Assembly: GCF_018350175.1 (NCBI RefSeq)
Contig: NC_058383.1
Location: 17,918,001-17,982,000, forward strand
Direction: 5' to 3'
Source: Felis catus
Taxonomy: Eukaryota
DNA: 64,000 nt
Below are positions 47,614 through 57,594 of the stretch, in pieces. Position 1 is the first letter of the stretch, and each line of letters opens with the position of its first letter. A program made the translations under genes and the position numbers. The notes under the pieces were generated by a model. The model saw only the letters and a program-made list of their open reading frames with translations. It had not been told where the DNA came from and did no database searches.

Positions 47614-48660
47614 CCTCTGTCCCCGGGGCTGGACTGCATGGCCTCCCTTGTTTTCCCCTCAGTCAGGAGCAGGCCTGGCCTGGGGTGCTGCCCCGAGCTT
47701 CCTGGGCAGACTGTCCTTCTGGGGAAAGTGGTTTGATTTCCCATCTCCTTGCCAGCTGCTGATCCCTACACAGCTGGGACAGTGACAGTGCATGGGGCAG
47801 CTGCCTTTCCTCGGGGCAGGTGTGAACAAGTCTGGAGCCCCTTCACCTCCAGTTAGGTCCTGCTGGGGTCTCTGGCACTCCTGCCCCGATTTCCTTTGGG
47901 GTTCTTTCCCAGGTGCAGTCCTGATTGGCCTTTTGTCACCTCAGGGGTGACTTGGCAATGGGAATCAGCAGTTTTCAGATTCTTACACTCCAGTTGCTCC
48001 CCTTATCCATGAGTGGAGCTGGGTTCCTCTTTCCCTTCTTCAGCCCTGCTGGTCTCCCCCACTTCCTGGCTGGGGGCCACGGCTCTCCTTGCTCTACTTC
48101 TGGACATCTCTGTTGTAATTATGTACAGAGCAGCTGGTCGGCCCAGGGTGGGGGTGCTTGCTCTGTCTTCTATCCTTTGGTTCTCCTTCCATAATGTTCT
48201 TGCACTCGTTTATTTAAGGGGACATGCACTGGCACAGGAAATGTCCCCCCTTTCCCCACCTACCATTCTCCTTGTTCTCTTTCACCCACCCTCCTCTGTG
48301 TTCTCAGGCCTCTCCTGCTTTGTCTTACCAGGGCCCCCGCCTTCCACCTTGTTTCCCCTCCAGCCCCTATCTGGGTAAGGGGTCTTCCCCTGAGCTCCAG
48401 GGGGTGGAACCCAATGTTTACATTCTCTTGTCTGCTCCCACCCTGTGCGGCGCTTCGAGGAATCAGAAAAGAACCTGCTGTTGTACCTGGGCCTGTCTCC
48501 TGCCTTGTTATTTGATAAAGGGAGTTAGAATAAGAACTAGGTGGGGTGGGGGTGGGGAGGAAACAATGGAGCAGGCCAGGATCTGGGTGTCTGCTGAAGC
48601 ACTCAGCTGGTCTTGGCAGGGAGGGACCTTTTGGCCTTTGGTCCATCTTTCAGTCACTCA

Positions 48661-49281
48661 TCAACAACTGTTGAGCTCCTGCTCCCCCTTTGCCTGGGAT
48701 CTGCTGCCTCTGTTGTCACTGGACTGGAGTCCTCTACGCACCACCTGCAGCACCCGGATCTCTTTCCCAAAGTGCTCGTGCAACTCCTGGAAGCTGGAGG
48801 GGGGACTGAGGGTGGCTAGGAAGCCACAGTCCTCTGGGGGTGAGCTGGGTTGTTGGCCAGCTGCCTGGCACAGCTCCCGGTACTGGGCCTCCAGTGGGGG
48901 TAGTAGCGCCACCAGCCGCCTCCAGCTCACCCCAGCCAGTGCCCACAGCCACGCTGCCAGCTCTCCCTGGTTTTCTGCTGCCAGCTTGTAGGTCCGCCCA
49001 CCTTCTGTGCCCTCAACCCCGGGGGTCAAGATGGTAAAGGCATAGGGTTCTGTGGCCCCGAGGCGTGGCTCCACCTGGCAGTTTTCTAAGAGGATGAGGC
49101 CCAGGGGTGTGCGGTCTGCCTGGTGCTCCAGGTAGAAGAGGAGGTTTCCCCGGAGGACAAACCAGCGGCGTTGATAGCTGATATTTCGGGCTCCCTTCTT
49201 TAGCAAGATGCCCTCCCGGTCTGGAGCCTGTGTTCTGTATCCGTGGAAGAAACTGAGCACGGACTTTCGGTGCAGTTTCAT
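48661..49281 (-). CDS. Sesquipedalian/PHETA (IPIP27/FAM109)-like PH-domain endocytic adaptor, 206 aa, single coding exon
   Basis: Family-type start MKLHRKSV; PH domain GILLKKG...YQRRWFVLRGNLLFY...PLGLILLENCQVE...YAF...RTYKLAAENQGELAAWLWAL; C-terminal F&H motif SFQELHEHFGKEIRVL. Kozak context accATG. Polypyrimidine/AG acceptor at 49307-49306, 24 nt upstream of the ATG. Confidence 0.88.
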   Translation of the reverse strand: MKLHRKSVLSFFHGYRTQAPDREGILLKKGARNISYQRRWFVLRGNLLFYLEHQADRTPLGLILLENCQVEPRLGATEPYAFTILTPGVEGTEGGRTYKLAAENQGELAAWLWALAGVSWRRLVALLPPLEAQYRELCQAAGQQPSSPPEDCGFLATLSPPSSFQELHEHFGKEIRVLQVVRRGLQSSDNRGSRSQAKGEQELNSC

Positions 49282-50199
49282 GGTAGTTCAATCTGGGAGT
49301 TAACCCTGGGGGCAGGAGAGAGGAGGGGTGGTCTCCTTATTATCATGGGTACCCCATGCTGCCCTCCTGGGGCTCCAGTAGGTTCTTCCTGGGCATAGCC
49401 TTAGTCTAGTGGGATTCAGGACTGTCCTAAAGACCTAGAGGTCTTGTCCCCACAGCACAGGGACCCATACCCACCCCCCCCATCCCCCCCCCCCCCCCCC
49501 CCTTTAGCTCTCCCCCTTGGGCCAGCTTACAGATTCTGGGCTGGGGCCGCTGGGGCCCTACTTGCCAGCAGTGGGGCTTTATCCTGAGGCTGTGGTCTGA
49601 GAGAGAGGCATTGTTGCCTCTTTCCAGGCCTACCTGAGATCGGGGCACAAGAGGCTTCTAGCCTGGATTCTGGACACAGGAACCACTGTCACCTGTACGG
49701 TGATGGCTCTTCCCACCTCTGAAACCAGGAACTCGACCAGGGGACAGGCGTGGGGTAAATGACTTCCCCTGGGTCCTAAAGAGAGCTGGGTTCGGAAAGT
49801 GCCCCCAAAGCCAGCTGGGGGCTCCAGGCGGGCCATCGTGGGAACTCGGTCTCTCCTCAGGGAGAAGAGCAAGGCCGCACCTCGGACTAGGAGAGGACAG
49901 AACTGGACACTGACTGGGAAAGCAGGATTCCTATGGAGACGGTGAGGGGCACAAAGCCCTTGGCCAACCCTGGGGAAAGGTGACTCAACTCTGTAAAGGG
50001 AACCGGGCCGAAACCCACTGTCCCACTTCGCCCCTCCCTGATGCTGGGCGCCCCTTTAAGTAGTGTGCTTCACTTTCTCCTCAGAGTCTCCAACTGCTGT
50101 AGGAGGGAATCTAAACCGCATCCGGCCATCCCTATCGTCTGATCAGGGTCTAGGCGTTCATTTGTGGCCTGTTCTCGCTGTTGTCGCCCCCAAACTGCT

Positions 50200-50950
50200 C
50201 ACGTCACCCTGGGGAGGGCGGGGTTGTCTTCTCCGCTCTCGGCGTACTTCCGCCCGCTTTTCCAGCTAGTCATCTAATCGGAGTGAAGCCACTTCCGGCC
50301 TTCTCTGGAGCCTTCCGCAGTTCTCTTCCGGGTGATGGCGCCCGGCGCCCCGGATGTAGCCCTGGTGAAAGTCTCTCTTTTTCTTCCCCCACGGCCTCCC
50401 GTGGATCCTGAGGTGAGCGCGAGCCGGTGGGGCTGCTCGAATCCCCGCGGCTCTGCCGCCTCTCTTTGTACACTTAGGCTTGTACACTTAGCCCAGGACA
50501 GTTGGGGGTCACCCCGCGGAGCTGGGAGTTCAGCGCGGGGCGGAGGGGGTGGCCAGGACGCCAGGTCCTGGGTCCGTCCAGGCCCCGCGGGCTCTGAGGG
50601 AGCTGGGGGTGGAGGAGAGGGTGTCAGCCCGCGGATCCCCGTCGCACCCAGGACTGCGGGGGCTAGGGATGGGGGGGGGGGTACGTGGGGGAGCCTGCCT
50701 TTTTTCGTCAAGGGTGGGGGTTGCCCGTGGGGAGCCCCTCTGCGCCACCGCCCCTCCGCCCCCGCTCCAGCAACTCTTTTGGATGCCGAACCAAGTCCGG
50801 GGGGCCTCCTGGCGGCCAGCTTCCCTTTCGGCCCCTCATTCTGTGCTCCCTCTCCTCCCGAGCTGGATCTAGTGCGTACCGGGTGATTATTTGTTGTGCT
50901 GGGGCTCTTCCGCGGTGAGTAGCCTCGCCCACTTCCCTTAATCTGCATCC
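50200..50950. promoter_or_regulatory. CpG-island promoter of CD2BP2, probably bidirectional
   Basis: Tandem ETS cores cttccg at ~50247, 50292, 50312 and 50325; YY1-like gatggcg 50334; CD2BP2 exon-1 donor GAG|GTGAG at 50412/50413; PHETA-like gene lies divergently. Confidence 0.75.
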
Positions 50951-50991
50951 TTTCTCTCGGCTCAGCCCAGGGAAGGCTCCTCAGTCCAGTC

Positions 50992-52700
50992 ATGCCAAAG
51001 AGGAAAGTGACCTTCCAAGGTGTGGGAGAGGAGGATGATGAGGATGAAATCAGTGTTCCCAAGAAGAAGGTGAGGGGGCCAGACTCCTGCATTCTTAGGA
51101 GGAGTGAGGGGAGAGAAAGAACTAGAAGCCAGAAGAGAAAGAAGGGGGCAGGGGGCAAAGAAAGCAGAGAGGGGGCTAGCTTTTCCATGTTCTCTGGGAA
51201 GTGGGTTTGGAGAATTTCCAGTTGGGGAAGGTTTTGAAGAAAACTCTACCTGGAGTATTTTGAGGAATAGCCAGTAACCTGCGTCTCTCAACTTGCTGGC
51301 CCTTCCTCACAGCCAGTGGATCCTGTGGCTGGGGCAGGGGGTCCTGGGAGCCGCTTCAAAGGCAAACACTCTTTAGACAGTGATGAGGAGGATGATGATG
51401 AAGAGGAGGGGTCCAGCAAATATGATATCTTGGCTTCGGAGGATGTGGAAGGTGAGCTAAACCCAAGAATTGGTTCTGCTGGAGGAACAGATAGAGCTTT
51501 TGGGGATGGGGGGGTGGCAAGGGCGCGCACGTGCGTGTGTGTGGGTGTGTGTGCGCACGCGCGCGTGCACCCAGCACGGGATGCCTGTGTCTTTCATGCA
51601 GGTCAGGAAGCAGCCACGCTCCCCAGTGAGGGAGGTGTGCGGATCACACCCTTCAACCTGCAGGAGGAGATGGAGGAAGGCCACTTTGATGCTGATGGCA
51701 ACTACTTCCTGAACCGGGATGCTCAGATCCGAGACAGCTGGCTAGACAACATTGACTGGGTGTGGCCCAGGGGCTGACGTGGTGGGGGCCTGGAGGCAGC
51801 CAGTGCTGGGCTTGGGCCCTGCTCACGGTTTGTAGGAGATAACCACCCCCACCCCTGTTTTCACATCACAGGTGAAAATCAGGGAGCGGCCACCTGATCA
51901 GCGCCCACCGTCCGACTCAGAGGAAGAGGACAGCCTGGGCCAGACACCAATGAGTGCCCAAGCCCTTCTGGAGGGCCTTCTGGAGCTGCTGTTGCCAAGA
52001 GAGACCGTAGCTGGCGCACTGAGGCGTCTGGGGGCCAGAGGAGGAGGCAAAGGGGGCAGCAAAGGGGGTGGGCGGCCCAGTTCCCCCCAGCGCTTGGATC
52101 GGCTCTCTGGGTTGGCCGACCAGATGGTGGCCCGGGGCAACCTTGGCGTGTATCAGGAGACAAGGGAACGATTAGCCATGCGGCTGAAGGGGTTGGGGTC
52201 CCGGACCCAGGGACCCCCTGAGACCACACCCCCTCCCTCTCTGGACATGTTTGCTGAAGAAGTGGCAGAGGGGGAGCTGGAGACCCCAACTCCTACGCAG
52301 AAGGGAGGTAAGACTGGAGGGCAGAGGAGTGCTGGGGGCAGGGGCAGGGGCCAGGGAACTTGAGGCCCAGATGGCCTTGTCTGTTGTTTTAGAAGCAGAG
52401 TTGCCAGGAGATGGTCTGGTGGACGTGATGTGGGAATATAAGTGGGAGAACACAGGGGATGCTGAGCTGTATGGGCCCTTCACCAGCACCCAGATGCAGG
52501 TAAGCCCCTTTCTACTTCTTTCTGCCACTTCTCTCCTCCCCCACCGCCCATACCAGTCCTTTCCCAGCTCTTGCTCTCTTTTCCTGCAGACCTGGGTGAA
52601 CGAAGGCTACTTCGCAGATGGTGTTTATTGCCGGAAGCTGGACCCTCCTGGTGGACAGTTCTACAACTCCAAACGCATTGACTTTGACCTCTATACCTGA
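50992..52700 (+). CDS. CD2BP2: CD2 cytoplasmic tail-binding protein 2 (U5-52K, GYF domain), 342 aa, 6 coding exons
   Basis: Exons 50992-51069, 51313-51451, 51602-51759, 51872-52307, 52393-52499, 52590-52700 (1029 nt). [12 protein letters not shown]..., GYF domain WEYKW...GPF...WVNEGYF..., ending IDFDLYT*. Confidence 0.97.
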
Positions 52701-52816
52701 GCCTGCTGAGGGCCCGGTTTGGTGGCCCCTTCTTTCCTGAACTCTCTGGAGGAGGCCCCAGCTGCCTCAGGCAGTGAGGACTTGAGGGGCCACTTTTCAG
52801 TCAATTTCCCTTTCCC

Positions 52817-52822
52817 AATAAA
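52817..52822 (+). terminator. Polyadenylation signal (AATAAA) of CD2BP2
   Basis: aataaa about 117 nt after the stop codon. Confidence 0.75.
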
Positions 52823-54352
52823 AGCCTTTGGTTACATATTAGGGCCTTGGCTGTGCTGATGGCCAGAAGCCAAGGACCCCTTTGGACTCGCCTCATGAGT
52901 GTTTTCTCATGAAGTTCCTTCTTGGGAGTTTCTGGTTACTTGAACCACTTCACCTTTGTTTGTCACTCTGGGGGCAGAACCAGGGCTGTCAGGTGGCCTC
53001 TGGAGTTTCCTCACCATCTAAAAATCCCTTTCACTCACATGCTGTCCTCCAGTATCCTCAGAGGGGGCTCCTATTTTGCAGTTGTTAGGTCTTTGGCCTT
53101 CAGAACCTCAGAGTCTCTGTCTTTGTAGCCGGTGTAAGGTAGAGCACCAGAAGTGGAGATTTGAGGCCTTGGGGGTTGGGACATCTGTTTGGGGGGAGTA
53201 GGAAGCCTGGTATCCACTGACTCCACTGTATTAGGCTTCGTAGGGGAAGTGCATACTCAGTGTTGGCACTCGAAAGCCCCTTCGAGGCCACCTGGGCCAA
53301 CCCCTGAACTGGCACAAAGAGGGCCAGTGCCTCCCTGGAGCTCACACGGCAAATCAGAGAGCTGGCCCAGCCCCAGTGGGCTTCTTTTCCCAGACCTTTC
53401 TTCGCACCCTTGAAATCCTGTGAGGTTTACATTTCCTGAGCTCCCAGTGTGTGTGGGCAAGTGCGGTGAAGGAGCTGAGATAACTGGGTTAGTCCTCTTC
53501 CAGGAATTCAGATTCTGGGAGGTGTGGTTGGGAGGGAGACTGGTATAATTGTATTGTCTGGACCTGGCACCTCCCACCTCTCGCCAGTGCTGCTTTTTGC
53601 CCCTTTCTTGTACCAAACTAGGTTGAACCCTCCACTTTTCTACCTTGGTTGTCCATTGGAGTCTCAGGGGAGCTGTAAAATTACTCCACAAATTCTAAAT
53701 GAATTAGTCTAGATAGTGGCTCAGTGGGTGGGGCTTTTTGAAAGCTCCCAGGTGTTTTCCAACGTGTGGACAGGTGGAGAGCCACTGGGCATGACTCGGG
53801 ACTGAGATTACACCCGGAGAGGCCACTTCCCAGGTCCTGCTGTGGTGGCAGAGCTGAGCATGTGTGGCCAGGGTTCTGCTGGTCTGAAACAGGATTGCTG
53901 AGCACCAGGACCCCAGGTGGAAGGATCCAGGCTTGGAAGTAGGAAAGACGGCAGGTTGGGGATACTTGATGCTCTAGTGAGGCCTCCAACTTCTGTATTA
54001 ATTGGGTCCATGCCGGTGCCAGCCCAGACTTAGTGGTCACTGATTCCAAAATGCCTTCAGTTGTAAGAAGTGTTTATGTGTCATTAAGAAAACCCTGCCA
54101 ATTGCATTTGTAAGATGTCCTTGATTAAAAGGTGCATCTGGATTTCAGAAGTGAAAAGCAATACAGCTGGTCACCTTTATAACCCCAATGACTGACTGAC
54201 TCATGGGAGGTGTTTACTGTTGGGTGAATAGATGAAAGCCAAGGGGGTGGTTCCCTTGGATGTACCACTGGCACCTCGGGCTCCACACATCCAGATGTCA
54301 CCCCATCTACCCCTCACAGTGTCCTCCTGTGATCACCTTCCTGATGTCAGGC

Positions 54353-54670
54353 TGTGTAGGCAGAATAATGGATGGTCCCCCGGCGATGTCCATGTCCTCA
54401 ACAAAATCTGAATATGGGACCCTACATGGCAAAAGAGACTTTGCAGATGTGATTAAACTAATGACTGAGGTGGGCAGGGGGGGGGCGTGCTATCCTGGAT
54501 TATAGAGGTGGGTGGGCCCAATGTCATCACAAAGGTTCTATAAAGTAAAAGAGCGGAGGGTCAAACACAGCTGCTGGCTTCGAAGACGGAAGACCAGGCC
54601 ATATGCCAAGGAATGCAGTGTCCTGTAGAAGCTGGAGAAGGCAAGAGAACAGTCCTTCCTGAGCTGCTAC

Positions 54671-54703
<33 letters not shown>

Positions 54704-54832
54704 CAGCCCCACTGAGGATTTGAACCCAGTGGAAAGCATTGTGGACTTCTGACCTCCAGAATCCTAATAAAGTTGTGTTACTTCAAGCCACAAAGTTTGT
54801 GGTTGTTACAGCCCTGATAGGAAACTAACACA
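54353..54832 (+). mobile_element. MLT1 (MaLR) solo LTR
   Basis: tgtaggcagaataatgg...ggcaaaagagactttgcagatgtgattaa...agaagctggagaaggcaag...ggaaactaacaca. Confidence 0.8.
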
Positions 54833-54969
54833 TACCCCACCTAGCTGAATGCCTCTCCCCTTCCACGAGCATCACTGGAGTTCTCTTCCCTTTGGCTGTG
54901 GCCCTGCTGCAAGCCCCTATCAGCACTTCACTCCTTTGCCTTTCCTAAAACTGTTAGGTGTGTACATAA

Positions 54970-55690
54970 AATTACTATTTTTTACCAAGAGCTTTACTGA
55001 GATGTAATGCGCCCATTTGAAGTGTACACAGTTCAGGAGGTTTTTTGTTTTTTGTTTTTTTTTTTTAGAACATTCACAGGGTTGTGCAGCCATCACCACA
55101 ATTTTAGAACATTTCTGTCAACCGTAGAAGAAACCGCCCCTCTTACTCCCCACCCTCCTCATCCTCCAGTCCCTGGTAACCACTAATCTACTTCCTGTCT
55201 CTGTAGAGTTGCCTATTCTGGCCATTTCGTACAAACGGACTCCTACAATTTGTGGTCTTTTGTGTCTTCTGTATCTACTTAGCCAGTTTTTGAGATTAAG
55301 CCATGTAATATGCAATAGTAATCTTTTTTATTGTTGACTATTCCACCATATGAAGGTATGGTATATTACCATTAACTAAACCTCACACTTTGTTTGGGTT
55401 TTACTAATTTTTCTCTTCTGTCTCTTGTTTGTTCCAGAATATTTTCTGGGATACCACTTCATGTTCAATGATCATGTCTCCTTAACCTCTGGTCTGACAA
55501 TTCCTCAGAGTTGTTTTTGCTGACTTTTGACAGTTTTGAGGAGAATTGGTTAGGTATTTTGTAAAATATTCCTCAAATTTGGGTGCTTTTTTTGGTCTGG
55601 GATTTTTCTCGTGATTGGATTTGAGTTATGGTTTTGGGGAGGGAGACCATGGAGGTGAAGTCCCTAACCTTTTACTGGAAACTTATAATG
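54970..55690 (-). mobile_element. Old L1M fragments
   Basis: ttttagaacattcacagggttgtgcagccatcaccaca...ccagtccctggtaaccactaatctacttcctgtctct. Confidence 0.7.
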
Positions 55691-55994
55691 GCTTCATTTC
55701 CCTCGAGATAAAGTTCAAAAGCTTGAAGGTGACTGAGAAGGTCTTCCAGGGCCTGGCTCGATGCAGCCCCTCCAGCTCCACATCTGCCTTTGCTTTCCTT
55801 CTCCATTTTCTTCCCTGATTCCAGGCTCCAGCCTTATCCCAGAACAGGGCAATTTGATTTCTCCAGGCCTGGCCAGTGATGTCTTTCTCTTCTCTGTCTG
55901 GGAAAGACCAATTAATAGATCTGTTGTACTTAATTCTAGGTCTCCTTTTTTTTTTTTAATGTTTATTTTCTTATTTTGAGAGAGAGCATGCGCG

Positions 55995-56025
<31 letters not shown>

Positions 56026-57594
56026 AAATGGGGGAGGGGCAGAGAGCAAGAGGGAGCCACAGAAACCAAAGCAGGCTCCAGGCTCTAAGCTGTCAGCACA
56101 GAGCCCAATGTGGGGCTCTATCTCGTGAACCACGAGATCATGACCTGAGCCGAAGTTGGACACTTGACCAACTGAGCCACCCAGGCACCCCTAGGCCTCC
56201 CTTTCCTACAGGCTTCCTAATAATCCACTCCCCACCCCCCTGGTTGGTCATTGTTTCTTCCACTGTGCCCAATAGCACAGATGTCTGGCCCCATACCCAG
56301 AGCAGTTTTTGCTGGCCTGTCTCCACCAGTTGGTCTGAGACAGGAGTTCAGTGCTGATGGATGACTAGGGGATGAGCCAAGTCTTTCCCGGTGGGACTCT
56401 TTGTCCTTGCTGTCCCAGAAGGGATGAGGTGTGACCTGGATGGGCAGTGTACAGGTGTCTAGACCCAATAGTCTCTCAGCGAGCAGGGCTGAAGGATCAG
56501 TAGGGTCATTTTTACTGAGGCCATGGGCAAATTTACAGGGGGGCTCAAGGTCAAAGCTGCAGATGTCATCCCTGTATCTGGGACACCAGAGCCTTTTGTC
56601 TGTGGCAGGCCATTTCCAGAAGACTGGAAAGAGTGGGAGAAGGCGAGTCCAGGCTCAGGCTGTCACACCCTCCCCTGGGCATCTGGTGGTCCTGGGGGAG
56701 ACAAGGATGGTGGAGGACTTCAAAAAGGAGTTAAAATTGGCAAAGGGTCAGGCTCCACAAAGCCCACGGAGTTTGGGGGTCCCTTAATGCCTTTGACACA
56801 TCTGTCACCCCTTCCAGACCCACCTGGCTGGTTTGATGCCTCTTTGCAGGGCCACTAATGCCAGGCTCCCAGGCAGTGGGGAGGCCTGAGACTGAGCGGC
56901 TTGCCTTCCATTCTGCTCCCAGCCAGGGCCAAGTCGAAGCCCTGGAGATGCCCAGCTCTTCCTGACACTGAGACCCAAGGGGAGTTTCTTTCAAGGGCGG
57001 ATTTGGAAGCGGATGTTTTGCACGAGGCCCAAGGGTGGATGATGTTTCTTCCGAACTCCACATGGAGGCCAGGCTTGCCCCTTGGTCCTTTCTGGCCATT
57101 CCCCGGGTTCAAGGGTATGCCGTTCTGTGGTCGGTTCAAGCGGCCACCAGACCTCCTTTTGCCCCCTCCGGGGGGCCATCCCAGCACACATCTCCCTCTG
57201 GCCAAGTGGGGTCTGCTCACCCTGTCCCCACCAGTCTCCCTGTTCTCCAGGAAGCTTGTCTGGCTCAGCCTGCCCTGTAGATAAGACCCCACCTATCTGT
57301 GGAGACACCACACGTGACAAGCCTGTACAACCCACTGTAGGTGTTGGCGCTGCCTGAGACTTGCTTGGGTAGCCTCTGGTTTTCCTGTTCTGATGCTATT
57401 GTTCTTGCCCTCGTTTTCCTGTCTCCACTGACTACCCTACGCATCTCTGCCCCGCAGCTCCAGGGGCGTCAGCTCCACTACCCTGTTTTGGACACATTTC
57501 TCTGTCTCAGCTCTTCAACTTGCTTAAATACAATGTCGGCTTTTCCCAGGCTTAAAACGTGGTACTAAACCTATCTGCATTTGAAAGGGCATCT

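Noticed and set aside
47000-47785. 261-aa alternative-frame ORF over the last TBC1D10B exon
   Set aside because: Non-ATG start; the purine-rich repeat lacks stops by composition
48224-48991. 255-aa plus-strand ORF
   Set aside because: Antisense to the PHETA-like CDS and within the TBC1D10B 3'UTR region; no recognisable domain
50274-51188. 304-aa minus-strand ORF
   Set aside because: Antisense across the CD2BP2 CpG island and exon 2; composition artefact
56430-57360. Non-repetitive-looking stretch with overlapping 110-145-aa ORFs and an acceptor-like site near 57275 (-)
   Set aside because: No recognisable homology, consistent frame or exon chain; a BLAST search would be needed to revive it
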